Assembly (NCBI GenBank): GCA_965602015.1
Contig: OZ271918.1
Span: forward strand, 1,632,001 to 1,696,000
Direction: 5' to 3'
DNA length: 64,000 nt
DNA from: Salinispira sp.
GTDB lineage: Bacteria > Spirochaetota > Spirochaetia > DSM-27196 > Salinispiraceae
A model generated the notes under the pieces. It saw nothing but the letters and a program-made list of their open reading frames with translations, had not been told where the DNA came from and made no database searches. Positions 1 through 9,068 of this stretch are shown here, piece by piece. Each line of letters opens with the position of its first letter. The first letter of the stretch is position 1. Both the position numbers and the translations under genes were made by a program.

Positions 1-354
1 TATCGATCGGTCCAGCATGCCGTCGAGCACCCGCAACCTTTGGCCGAATAGCGGGGAATTCCTTGCCACCGTCCGGTATGGTACCGTGCCCCACCAGGGT
101 AGAACCGCCGTATTGACCCCGTATTGCTCAAGATCGCCGGCAAGGGTTTCAGCCTCCCTCTCGGTGGGCAATACGATGACCATGGGCCTGCCGCTGCGCT
201 CCCTCATCTTTGCAAAAAGCAGGCCGTTCAAGCCTCCATGGACACCCTGAAGATGCAGGGGAAACCGCCCATCGCCGAGGGCTTCAAATAGCTCCTTGTA
301 GGGCCGGTAGGCTTTTAATTCTTTTGATAGTATGGAATACAATAATGATTTCAT
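1..354 (-). CDS. mfd: Transcription-repair coupling factor Mfd, N-terminal part (continues off the left edge)
   Basis: Not in the ORF track. Manual translation from ATG at 354 is open to base 1: MKSLLYSILSKELKAYRPYKELFEALGDGRFPLHLQGVHGGLNGLLFAKM...VIVLPTEREAETLAGDL...LPWWGTVPY...GQRLRVL, which resembles the UvrB-homology N-terminus of Mfd. Confidence 0.75.
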   Translation of the reverse strand, partial: MKSLLYSILSKELKAYRPYKELFEALGDGRFPLHLQGVHGGLNGLLFAKMRERSGRPMVIVLPTEREAETLAGDLEQYGVNTAVLPWWGTVPYRTVARNSPLFGQRLRVLDGMLDRSI

Positions 355-402
355 GTTTACATCCGATAATTGTAACAGTATATACGGGAGATCATTGCGC
401 CA

Positions 403-1359
403 ATGAAAAAAACGAAGATAATCGCCATGACATGCCTACTCGCCTGCCTGATATCCGCTGGCCAGTTATTTGCCCAAAGTCATCAGGGTATTGACCTGCG
501 CGTCCGCCTGTATGATCAAAGAATATACTTCCCGAACGACCCTGTTCTCATCCGCCTTACCATCAGCAACGACAGTCCGGATACCTATCGTTTCAAACTC
601 GCCGACCGTCGTCTTCACAATGTCGATTTCGATGTTCGGGGAATGGACAATAGCAGCGCCGCGCCAAGTCAGCAGTTTATCACAATGATAAATGACTCGC
701 AAAGAGTGAGTTACCGGGAAGTCGACCTGCTGCCCGGTGAAGAGCTTTCATTTGTGGAGGACCTGAGCAGCTACCGAAACCTGCAGGATGGCATCTACGT
801 CATTCACGCGCGATTTTTTCCGGAACTCAAAGATATCGCTGACCAGCATGTTCTGATGTCGAACAGTCTGACCCTCTCGGTACGGCAGGGATTCGATCGG
901 GAGAATGCAAGCGAAATCCGGGTTCAGGACGCAGTAATGGATCAGATGCAGCAGGCCGCCCTGCCCCCTGATGAAGTGGTGGCATACATGCTGGATGCAC
1001 GCATGCGCTCAGCGCGGGAGCGATTCCTTCAATACCTCGATGTGGAACGCCTGTACACCGACCATCCCCAGCGACAAGCCGAATATGCCAGACTCTCGGC
1101 GGTTCGTCGCAGAGATGTTCTGGAAGCCTACCGGGATGAGTTGTGGAACTCAAGAACTCCCGAAGGCATCAGTCTCATACCGATCAACTATCAAATTCAA
1201 CGAACCAGCTACAGTCCGAATCTTGGAACCGTGACGGTTGAACAGCGATACGATCAGGGAGAGTTTACTGAAATAAAGCGTTTCACATACGAACTCGAAC
1301 GCCGGGACGGAATTTGGTATATTGTACGATATCAGGTTATTAATCTCGGGACGGAATAA
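403..1359 (+). CDS. Conserved exported hypothetical protein (N-terminal Ig-like region, C-terminal NTF2-like region)
   Basis: 318-aa ORF with a signal peptide (...GQLFA-Q); divergent from mfd; stop overlaps the next start (TAATG). Confidence 0.7.
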   Translation: MKKTKIIAMTCLLACLISAGQLFAQSHQGIDLRVRLYDQRIYFPNDPVLIRLTISNDSPDTYRFKLADRRLHNVDFDVRGMDNSSAAPSQQFITMINDSQRVSYREVDLLPGEELSFVEDLSSYRNLQDGIYVIHARFFPELKDIADQHVLMSNSLTLSVRQGFDRENASEIRVQDAVMDQMQQAALPPDEVVAYMLDARMRSARERFLQYLDVERLYTDHPQRQAEYARLSAVRRRDVLEAYRDELWNSRTPEGISLIPINYQIQRTSYSPNLGTVTVEQRYDQGEFTEIKRFTYELERRDGIWYIVRYQVINLGTE

Positions 1360-2159
1360 TGAAAATCATCCTTGTCAGTCCGGAAAGTTCAGATTCGGAA
1401 AAGCTCAGGTCCTTCCTCAAACTCTCCGGCAGGAACGACGTTCTGCTCTTTCACTACTATCACCCCCTCAAAGCCATCGATAATCTGGAAGAATTGCGGC
1501 CCGATCTGATTGTCTGGAGCATTATCGATTTTCCACGGCATTGGAAGACCCTGATTCCCTTCGCCGATGGTATACCGGGCATGGAAAATCTCCGAATGGT
1601 ACTCTATGCGAACCGGAGCATCGAAGAAAAGGAAATCGACAAGGCCCACACCCTAAAGGTTGCGGGAATCATTCAACAGGGCTTATCCAGTCCTGAGGGA
1701 CAAGATGTCCTCACCGAGGCGTTGGCAAACTTTCCGGCAGAGGACAACGGCCAGAGCGGCAAAGATTCCGCCGGTGCATTCAGGCCGCAGGGGGATGCGG
1801 AGGCAAAGCCAAGCCTCAGCAATATGCGGGAAAGCCTTGAGCTGCTGCGTCTCGAGCCGATGGAGGATCGCCCCATCAGTCTCATCATGTCCCATCCACT
1901 TAATCTCAAAATTATACGGGGGGAAGTGCTGGCCATTGATCCCGACAGTATAGAGTTCTCCCCGGCTAAGGATCGGGACCTCGCTGACCTACCCAGCGGC
2001 ACAATAATAAAGGGCAGCCGCTTGAAGATCGGAGAGCATTCCCTGCGCCTCGATGTTAAGCTGCAGAAAATGACTGACCGCTACGGCCTGGTTATTCAGG
2101 AGCCCGAGAAGGAATACATTCCGGTAATAAGCAACCTCCTTCATGGCAAGATCGGATAA
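1359..2159 (+). CDS. Receiver-like domain plus PilZ-like C-terminal domain protein
   Basis: REC-like pattern KIILV...PLKAIDNLEELRPDLIVW.IIDFPRHWK; beta-rich C-terminus with G.VLAID..SI.F. Confidence 0.55.
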   Translation: MKIILVSPESSDSEKLRSFLKLSGRNDVLLFHYYHPLKAIDNLEELRPDLIVWSIIDFPRHWKTLIPFADGIPGMENLRMVLYANRSIEEKEIDKAHTLKVAGIIQQGLSSPEGQDVLTEALANFPAEDNGQSGKDSAGAFRPQGDAEAKPSLSNMRESLELLRLEPMEDRPISLIMSHPLNLKIIRGEVLAIDPDSIEFSPAKDRDLADLPSGTIIKGSRLKIGEHSLRLDVKLQKMTDRYGLVIQEPEKEYIPVISNLLHGKIG

Positions 2160-2220
2160 AATTCATTAGTATTGCGGAAGGGCACATTGGCGGAGCAATG
2201 CCGACTCAAGGGGCGTTTCT

Positions 2221-2532
2221 ATGAAATATCTCACATGGTTTCCAGTGGAAAATCAGCTGCCGCAAATCCGCTCGGCGCATAACTACCGCGAAGACGGCAA
2301 AGAGTATCAGGGCTCACCCCGTAAACACCCCTATGATGCCCAGCGTATTCTTCTTCTGTCGGGAATACTGGACGGTGATGACCAGGTCTGTTATGACTTT
2401 AGCCTGAACGATATTATTCATATTGAAGAGCTTGAGAACCTCGTAAGTTTCGAAGGCGAATCCATTAGGGTGATGAAAATTTGGGTGCGAAAAGGGGCAG
2501 AAGCGTTCAGCCTGACACCCTTCAAAGTCTGA
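2221..2532 (+). CDS. Conserved small hypothetical protein (G.PRKHPYD family)
   Basis: 103-aa ORF with GSPRKHPYD...IIHIEELENLV...KIWVRKG motifs. Confidence 0.7.
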   Translation: MKYLTWFPVENQLPQIRSAHNYREDGKEYQGSPRKHPYDAQRILLLSGILDGDDQVCYDFSLNDIIHIEELENLVSFEGESIRVMKIWVRKGAEAFSLTPFKV

Positions 2533-2584
2533 CTCAATTCTCCCGGCCCAGCTCCTGGTTTTTCTAAATCTTTACGCAAGATTA

Positions 2585-2613
2585 TTGACACAAATTTAGC
2601 TATCCGGTACATT
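2585..2613 (+). promoter_or_regulatory. Sigma70 promoter of tRNA-Asn
   Basis: TTGACA (2585-2590), 17-nt spacer, TACATT (2608-2613), 20 nt upstream of the tRNA. Confidence 0.75.
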
Positions 2614-2633
2614 AGCACTCGTCATTACGACGG

Positions 2634-2706
2634 TCCCCTGTAGCTCAGTTGGTAGAGCAGTAGACTGTTAATCTATTTGTCCCTGGTTCGAGTCCAGGTG
2701 GGGGAG
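2634..2706 (+). tRNA. tRNA-Asn (GTT); CCA not encoded
   Basis: Cloverleaf: acceptor TCCCCTG/TGGGGGA, D arm GCTC-AGTTGGTA-GAGC, anticodon arm GTAGA-CTGTTAA-TCTAT, T arm CCTGG-TTCGAGT-CCAGG, discriminator G, U1-A72 first pair. Confidence 0.95.
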
Positions 2707-2713
2707 CTGCAGA

Positions 2714-2747
2714 AGATCAGATGCCATTAGGCATCTGATCTTTTTTT
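2714..2747 (+). terminator. Rho-independent terminator after tRNA-Asn
   Basis: AGATCAGATGCC-ATTA-GGCATCTGATCT perfect 12-bp stem followed by a T run. Confidence 0.9.
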
Positions 2748-2846
2748 ATATACCGACTACCCTGAACATAGTTCCCAGGAGCGGCATGCGTCCTGTATTG
2801 TCACATTGCCGTCCCGGACTTATCTTTCACAGGCGAAAATAATTCA

Positions 2847-3077
2847 TCAGCGCACAAGCGGCGCTGCTATGTCCTCTATAAAAATCTCAACGCCGAACAA
2901 TTCATATTGGCCGAGATAATCAAGCTCGCTGTCTCCGGCTTCGCCGATAAAATTGCGATACCATTCGAGCAGGCGGTAGTCTTTGAGATTCATAAGAACG
3001 GCGTCGGGCTCATTCCCCTGCTCGCGTTTTAGGCTGATCTGACGATACACATCGGCTATAATTTCCTCTGGTCGCAT
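2847..3077 (-). CDS. Small hypothetical protein
   Basis: ORF 2847..3113 in the track; likely start is MRPEEII (ATG 3077); 76 aa with protein-like composition. Confidence 0.55.
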   Translation of the reverse strand: MRPEEIIADVYRQISLKREQGNEPDAVLMNLKDYRLLEWYRNFIGEAGDSELDYLGQYELFGVEIFIEDIAAPLVR

Positions 3078-3136
3078 AGCAAAATTGTATACACATTGCA
3101 CATCTAAATCCACGCCATTGCCTCAGCAAGGCGCAT

Positions 3137-3165
3137 AAAAAAACAGCCCGCCTTTCGACGGGCTG
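3137..3165 (-). terminator. Terminator of hppA
   Basis: CAGCCCG-N8-CGGGCTG with A7 on the + strand (U tract on the - strand), just downstream of the hppA stop. Confidence 0.8.
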
Positions 3166-3187
3166 CATACGCACCACGCGGTTTAAA

Positions 3188-5359
3188 TCAAAAAAACAGA
3201 TCAAGTATGTTATAGCGCTGGAAAATCGATACGGTAATAAGGGAAATAACCGCCATAATCTTTATAAGAATATCCAGCGATGGTCCCACGGTGTCTTTCA
3301 GGGGATCGCCAACCGTGTCTCCGATAACTGCCGCCGAATGAGCCTCCGAACCCTTTCCTCCGTGGTGGCCCTGTTCGATGTATTTCTTAGCATTATCCCA
3401 GGCTCCTCCCGAGTTTGCGGTGAAGAGGGCCAGCATAATCGCGCTGAGAGTTGTACCGATAAGCAGGCCTCCGACGAAATTGGGCCCCAGAACAAAGCCG
3501 GATACGATGGGGGTAAGCACGGCAATAAGAGCGGGCACCTTCATTTCAGAAATAGCACCGGCTGAACTGATTTCAATACAGAGGCGATAGTCAGGCTTTT
3601 CTTCACCGGTGAGTATGCCCGGTTTTTCCTTGAACTGACGGCGGACCTCCTGAACCATCTTGCGGGCGGCCTTGGCGACCGCTTCTATGAGAATACCGCT
3701 GAAAAGATACGGAAGGGCGGCTCCCACCAGAGCTCCGGCGAGAATCATGGGATCAATCATATTGAGCAACAGGCCCTGGAAACTGTTGGCGGTTTCCGGA
3801 CCCACCTGGCTGTACAGGAACGAAGCGAAAAGACTCAATGCCGCCAGGGCGGCGGATCCGATAGCAAATCCCTTGCCGATTGCGGCGGTGGTGTTTCCAA
3901 CCGAATCGAGTTCATCGGTGATTTCCCGAACACGGGGGGCGAGCTTGGACATTTCGGAGATGCCGCCCGCGTTATCGGCGATCGGCCCGTAGGTGTCAAC
4001 GCTGACCGTTGAAACGACGAAACTCAGCATGCCGATGGCAGCCATGGCAACGCCGTAAAGACCGGCAAGGGCATGAGCGCCGATGACAGCCAGACTGAGC
4101 ACCAGCAGCGGATAGAAGGTGGATTTCATTCCCGCGGCCAAGCCCTCGGTTATATTGAGGGCCGTCCCTTCCCGGCTTGCGGCCGATATGCCCTTCGTCG
4201 GGCTGAAATTATAGCTGGTGAAGTATTCGGCCAGCTGGCCGATAACGATGCCCGTTGTGATTCCCAGGACCGCGGCCAACCAGGGACTAATCCAACCCAG
4301 GCGAAAGCCCAGGGCCTCAAACTGGCTGGCTTCTACGCTGCGGAACAGCAAAAAGCTCATAACACCCGTACTTACCAGTGTGAGAATGGCCGAACTGAAC
4401 AGTGACGCATTGAGCTCCCGGTGGGGATGCTCCCCCGTCTTCTTGAGGAGGAGAAACGCGATGCCGAGTATGCTGCTCAGTATTCCCAGGGCAGCAAAAA
4501 GCATCGGATAGTTTAAAAGACTGGTCATAAGCCCGTCGCTGAAACCTATGCCCTGGGCATTCATTGTGTAGTACATGTACGCCGTCAGAACAACCGAGGA
4601 AATGATTGCGCCGACGTAGCTTTCCAGCAGGTCGGCACCGAGTCCCGCTACATCGCCGACGTTGTCCCCGACATTATCGGCGATGGTCGCCGGGTTACGG
4701 GGATCGTCTTCAGGGATGTGGGCCTCGGTTTTGCCGACCAGGTCCGCTCCCATGTCAGCAGCTTTGGTATAGATGCCTCCCCCTACCCGGTCGAACATCG
4801 CAATGACTGAACAGCCCAGGGCGTAGCCGGAAACGCTCATGGTAAAGGGAATAAAGTTTATACCAAGGTAGTTACTGACGATTTTCATATTCGCCGGATC
4901 TGTTTGACCGAGGACCCGGCCGAAAACAATATAGATTACAAGTAAACCGAGAAGCGAAAAACCCCCGACGCACAGCCCCATCACAGAGCCGCCCCTGAAG
5001 GCAACCTTCAAGGTGCTACCCAGGGTTTCTGTCTTCCGCGCTTCATTGGATACCCGTACGTTGGCAATGGTTGCAATCTTCATGCCGATCCAGCCGGCGG
5101 AAGCGCTCATCAAGGCGCCCAGAATGAACGACACGCCGGTATACCAGCTCACCAGGGCGCCGATCCCGATGGCGATAAAAATGGCAATGGAAAAAATCAC
5201 CTTGTATTCATGCCTGATAAACGCGTCGGCCCCTTCCTGGATTGCACCGGCGATCTCCCGCATCGTTTCGGTTCCCGGGTCGAGGCGCTTGACGCCGTAA
5301 TAATTGACTGCAGCGAAGCTTAACGCCGCTACAATGCCGATAATCACCAATCCATACAT
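3188..5359 (-). CDS. hppA: Membrane-bound ion-translocating pyrophosphatase, probably the K+-dependent Na+-pumping type
   Basis: GGGIYTKAADMGADLVGKTE, DNVGDNVGD, GNTTAA (Ala = K+-dependent), ADLLES gate Glu, GDTVGDPLKDT; many TM helices. Confidence 0.95.
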   Translation of the reverse strand: MYGLVIIGIVAALSFAAVNYYGVKRLDPGTETMREIAGAIQEGADAFIRHEYKVIFSIAIFIAIGIGALVSWYTGVSFILGALMSASAGWIGMKIATIANVRVSNEARKTETLGSTLKVAFRGGSVMGLCVGGFSLLGLLVIYIVFGRVLGQTDPANMKIVSNYLGINFIPFTMSVSGYALGCSVIAMFDRVGGGIYTKAADMGADLVGKTEAHIPEDDPRNPATIADNVGDNVGDVAGLGADLLESYVGAIISSVVLTAYMYYTMNAQGIGFSDGLMTSLLNYPMLFAALGILSSILGIAFLLLKKTGEHPHRELNASLFSSAILTLVSTGVMSFLLFRSVEASQFEALGFRLGWISPWLAAVLGITTGIVIGQLAEYFTSYNFSPTKGISAASREGTALNITEGLAAGMKSTFYPLLVLSLAVIGAHALAGLYGVAMAAIGMLSFVVSTVSVDTYGPIADNAGGISEMSKLAPRVREITDELDSVGNTTAAIGKGFAIGSAALAALSLFASFLYSQVGPETANSFQGLLLNMIDPMILAGALVGAALPYLFSGILIEAVAKAARKMVQEVRRQFKEKPGILTGEEKPDYRLCIEISSAGAISEMKVPALIAVLTPIVSGFVLGPNFVGGLLIGTTLSAIMLALFTANSGGAWDNAKKYIEQGHHGGKGSEAHSAAVIGDTVGDPLKDTVGPSLDILIKIMAVISLITVSIFQRYNILDLFF

Positions 5360-5502
5360 CGTGGTACCCTCGGTGGCTGAATTATCCCGGACTGCAGCAA
5401 TAACAGGTACAGTGAGGCAATTACCGCAAATTGCCCAAGATTAGATAAAATGATAGCATCGCAACAAGACCAACGCAATCATTTTTCCCCGAGGAAATCA
5501 CC

Positions 5503-6111
5503 ATGGCAAAAGGACATATGAGCCATCCCCCTATCAGCGGCATGACGCCGTCCACCGTTCTCGATGATCTGGACAGGGGCATCGGAGAGCTGCAGGACTA
5601 TCGCTCTGATGACAACGCCGTCCTGCTTTTTATTCAGCGCGGGGGACGGGGAATGAGCGGCGAAGTTCTGCTTATTGAAAAAAAGCGCGGCCTGGGAGCG
5701 GGCAAGGTGAACGGGCCGGGGGGAAAGCTTGAGGCGGGCGAGAGCTTTATGGACGCGGCGATTCGAGAATGCCGGGAAGAGGTCGGCCTTGTGGCCCGCA
5801 ACCCCGAACTCATGGGACGGCTTTATTTTACCTTCGCGGACGGATACCGGATGTACGGTGAGGTCTTCTGGTCATATGAGTATGACGGGAAAGAAATAGA
5901 AACCGAAGAAGCAAAACCCTTCTGGTGCGAACCGGCGAACATGCCTTATGGCAGAATGTGGGCCGACGATCGCTTGTGGATGCCCCAGGTACTACTCGGC
6001 CATAAGTTCTCGGCCTTTTTTTACTTCGATGATGATGTTCTCCGGCATGCTCAAATTCAATATGATTTCAGAAGCGGTCTTCCGGCTCATCCCCACAGGG
6101 ATCATGCCTGA
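5503..6111 (+). CDS. Nudix hydrolase, MTH1/8-oxo-dGTPase-like
   Basis: KKRGLGAGKVNGPGGKLEAGESFMDAAIRECREEVGL Nudix box; MWADD..W. Confidence 0.9.
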   Translation: MAKGHMSHPPISGMTPSTVLDDLDRGIGELQDYRSDDNAVLLFIQRGGRGMSGEVLLIEKKRGLGAGKVNGPGGKLEAGESFMDAAIRECREEVGLVARNPELMGRLYFTFADGYRMYGEVFWSYEYDGKEIETEEAKPFWCEPANMPYGRMWADDRLWMPQVLLGHKFSAFFYFDDDVLRHAQIQYDFRSGLPAHPHRDHA

Positions 6112-6179
6112 AACAGGAGCATCCCTGAAGCAGGATCATCCCGTCAAAGATAGGCCGTAGTCCGCTGCAATAGTGAGCC

Positions 6180-6761
6180 TTACTGCAGATTTTGCTCAAT
6201 GTACCGGGCGTACACAAATAGACAGTCCGATAGCCGGTTGAGATAGTTATGAGCCAGCCTCAGGTATTCCGTGGCGAGATTTTTTATATATGAAACCATC
6301 TGGCGTTCTGCTCGGCGGCACACGGTCCGGCAAACATCCAGCCGGGCACAGACTTCACTGGATCCGGGAATGATAAACCCGTCGAGGCTGATGTGCTGCA
6401 TATATCTTTTCTCAATCTTCTCCAGAGATTCAAGGGCATGTTGAAGGTGAGTCACCCATGCGGTTTCGTTCTTTCCCAATGGCTTGATAGTATTGATTCC
6501 GCTCACCGGCGTAGCAATCACAGCGGAAATGTTCTGCAGTTCCTTTTGTATATTGTGCAACTCCCGAGCCATGGTCTTTTCTTCTGCAGAATCGGCGGAC
6601 AGGGCGCATCGGGCGAGCCCCATAAACGACACCAGCTCGTCAATATCTCCGAGTACCGAGAACACCGGTTCATACTTGAATCGCCGCTCGCCGCCGAATA
6701 ATCCGGATTTGCCCCCGTCGCCCCCGCGGGTGGTAATCATTTCAAAATCCACTGACATCAA
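6180..6761 (-). CDS. pduO: PduO-type ATP:cob(I)alamin adenosyltransferase
   Basis: TTRGGDGG.SGL, GDIDEL.S..G, FIIPG, CRTVCRRAER, YLNRLSD.LF. Confidence 0.9.
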   Translation of the reverse strand: MMSVDFEMITTRGGDGGKSGLFGGERRFKYEPVFSVLGDIDELVSFMGLARCALSADSAEEKTMARELHNIQKELQNISAVIATPVSGINTIKPLGKNETAWVTHLQHALESLEKIEKRYMQHISLDGFIIPGSSEVCARLDVCRTVCRRAERQMVSYIKNLATEYLRLAHNYLNRLSDCLFVYARYIEQNLQ

Positions 6762-6776
6762 TACGCCTCCGTAGTC

Positions 6777-6803
6777 AAAGAAAGAGCCCGTTCACCGGGC
6801 TCT
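6777..6803 (-). terminator. Probable terminator after the sigma factor gene
   Basis: AGAGCCCG-TTCAC-CGGGCTCT stem with an A-rich flank on the + strand. Confidence 0.6.
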
Positions 6804-6869
6804 CGTAATCTACTCATTTAATTCTGCCGCCGTCATATAATTCCGGCGTATAGGGATTTTTTTATGAAG

Positions 6870-7856
6870 TTACACAGTATTACCCTGATAGTCCTGGATT
6901 TTGGTCATGTTCCGCAGTTTCTTCATGGCTTTCTCCTGGATTTGCCGTACCCGTTCGCGGGTGATACCCAGATATTTCCCCGTTTCCTCAAGGGTGAAAG
7001 GACCTTCACCGGCAAGGCCAAAACGCAGCTGGATAATTTTCATTTCACGCTCGGAAAGCTGCTTTAGCACCTCGTCGAGGGTGTCCTGAAGAGTGAGATG
7101 GAAAACCCGCTCAAAGGGTTCCTCGGAATTGCTGTCCATAATTAAATCCGCAAGGGTGGTCATGTTATCGTCATCAACCGTGGTGTCCAGGGAGGCAGTC
7201 TCCTGACTGAGTTTCATAATGTCCCTGATTTTTTCCGGGGGGAAATCGAGGTATTCCGAAAGCTCGTGAACATCCGGGTCCCGCCCCAACTCCTGAGTAA
7301 GATGTTTTGCGACGAAATAGCATTTTTTTATGGTATTAAGCATGTGGATGGGTATGCGGATAACCCGGCCCTTGTCCGCCAGGCTTTTGATAATTGCCTG
7401 TCGTATCCACCAGGTGCCGTAGGTGGAGAAGCGGCAGCCCTTGGTATAATCGAAACGCTCAACAGCTTCAATAAGGCCGATGTTGCCCTCATCAATAAGG
7501 TCTAAAAGAGATAGCCCCCTATGCTGAAACTTCTTCGCGATGGAAACGACCAGGCGCAGATTAGCATTGATCATCTTATTTTTATAGAAGCGAAACATCT
7601 CTTCGGCGTCGCTGACCATAGACCGGGTGACGCTTTTTTCGGCATTTTCAATGGCCTCGCGTAGAACCAGCAGCTCTTCACGCTTTCGGGCGATTTTTTC
7701 GCCGAGATCCTTTTCCTCGTGAACCGTCAGCAGAGGATAATGAGCAATCTGTTTGAGGTAGAGGGCGAGAAGATCAGTATCGTATCCGTTCGAACTGATT
7801 TTTTCATCGTTGCGGAGCTTTTTGGACGGAGCGGCATGAGCGGGAGCGTTATTCAT
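6870..7856 (-). CDS. rpoS: Group 2 sigma-70 factor (RpoS-like, lacks region 1.1)
   Basis: Region 1.2 [15 protein letters not shown]; region 2 [12 protein letters not shown]...[10 protein letters not shown]...[13 protein letters not shown]; region 4 TRERVRQIQ. Start set at ATG 7856 behind GGAAGG. Confidence 0.75.
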   Translation of the reverse strand: MNNAPAHAAPSKKLRNDEKISSNGYDTDLLALYLKQIAHYPLLTVHEEKDLGEKIARKREELLVLREAIENAEKSVTRSMVSDAEEMFRFYKNKMINANLRLVVSIAKKFQHRGLSLLDLIDEGNIGLIEAVERFDYTKGCRFSTYGTWWIRQAIIKSLADKGRVIRIPIHMLNTIKKCYFVAKHLTQELGRDPDVHELSEYLDFPPEKIRDIMKLSQETASLDTTVDDDNMTTLADLIMDSNSEEPFERVFHLTLQDTLDEVLKQLSEREMKIIQLRFGLAGEGPFTLEETGKYLGITRERVRQIQEKAMKKLRNMTKIQDYQGNTV

Positions 7857-8052
7857 GGTGTACCTTCCATTTGTTGTGTGGGCTTGGAACTTCCGTGTTC
7901 CAAGGGGATAGTTACCGTATGGTTTAGTGTAATACAAAAATTATCAATGTCCAGGAATTCATCAAATATTTACTATTTTTCTCAAGGAAACCACCGGATT
8001 ATCACCATTTCGCCTCGGGATGCTCCCAAGTGGTCCACCGCTTATCCACCGT

Positions 8053-8907
8053 TCAGCGGGGTGCGCTGTTCGGGTCGACATATCGCCCTTCCTTCCAGAC
8101 GCTGAAATAGACCTGCACCTCCGACAGGAGCGGGCTTGGGCCAAGGGTGCCGATGCGGTCGCTGCTGTCAATTTCCTGCCCCTGCTCCACGAAGAGCTCG
8201 CGGTTACCACCGTAGATAAAAATATACCCCCGTGGATTCTGGACAAAAACCACATTACCAAGTGTCGAGTGGGGACCGCTGTACACTACCCGTCCCGAAC
8301 TCACCGATCGGATATCGTCGCCGGTTTCACCGCGGATTACCACTCCGGGGAATTTCCCATTGAACTCGAATCGCTGCCCCGGATGGGGCCAGTAAAGCTC
8401 GTCGCCGCCGGTTGACGGAGTGTTTGACAGCAGGGTTCCTTCCCTGGCCCGGTCATCCCGGCCGGAGACAGCCTGGACGCTGGTCTCCTCGGGCGGAGCG
8501 GGATTTTCCAGGGCCTTGACCCTGATTATTTGTCCGGGGAGGATGGTATTGTCCGGCAAATTGTTGATTGAACGTATTTCGGACACCGACATGCCGGTTC
8601 TGCGGGAGATTCCAAACAGCGTATCGCCTAGTTGGATCTCGTAATTCTCGAGATCATAGGTCTCTGCAATGACCTTCTGTTCTTCTCCGGGAATTCTCAG
8701 GATTTGGCCGACACGCAGTTCTCGGGCATCTTCAATACCATTGATTGCCATCAGTTCATCGACATCGACGCCGTTTTGCCGCGCGATGGAGTACAGGGTA
8801 TCGCCGGGAACAACACGATGCTCAAGATTCTCAGCGGCCGCTGTTCCACCGGCAATACAAACGATAACAAAACCGAGGATAAGACCTCTGACTCTTCCCA
8901 GTGGCAT
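8053..8907 (-). CDS. NlpD-like protein with two LysM domains and a degenerate M23/LytM domain
   Basis: LysM repeats HRVVPGDTLYSIAR and YEIQLGDTLFGISR; M23 fold WP.PG...GRVVYSG...GNVVFVQ lacking the Zn ligands; AGGAGG before ATG 8907. Confidence 0.85.
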   Translation of the reverse strand: MPLGRVRGLILGFVIVCIAGGTAAAENLEHRVVPGDTLYSIARQNGVDVDELMAINGIEDARELRVGQILRIPGEEQKVIAETYDLENYEIQLGDTLFGISRRTGMSVSEIRSINNLPDNTILPGQIIRVKALENPAPPEETSVQAVSGRDDRAREGTLLSNTPSTGGDELYWPHPGQRFEFNGKFPGVVIRGETGDDIRSVSSGRVVYSGPHSTLGNVVFVQNPRGYIFIYGGNRELFVEQGQEIDSSDRIGTLGPSPLLSEVQVYFSVWKEGRYVDPNSAPR

Positions 8908-9068
8908 AGCTGTTTCCTCCTGATGCTCCCATTTATTCATCGGCAGAATATATCACAGCATAAAGGCCCAAATCCGGCTCCATGGCGGTTGCGGGAAAAA
9001 CCGTCGGGAAATTTTTTGCTTCTTGTACTACACTGATAACAGAGGGACCTGCGGAGAACCTGTAAACT

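Noticed and set aside
17..494. Plus-strand ORFs 17..250 and 210..494
   Set aside because: They are shadow ORFs of the minus-strand mfd 5' end (1..354).
2634..2760. tRNA-Asn as an integration site for a genomic island
   Set aside because: No integrase and no duplicated tRNA 3' end were seen in the window; the tRNA is followed by its own terminator and ordinary genes.
7883..7904. Sigma54 promoter for the RpoS-like gene (TGGAAC...)
   Set aside because: There is no GC at the GG-N10-GC position; it is better explained as a palindrome.
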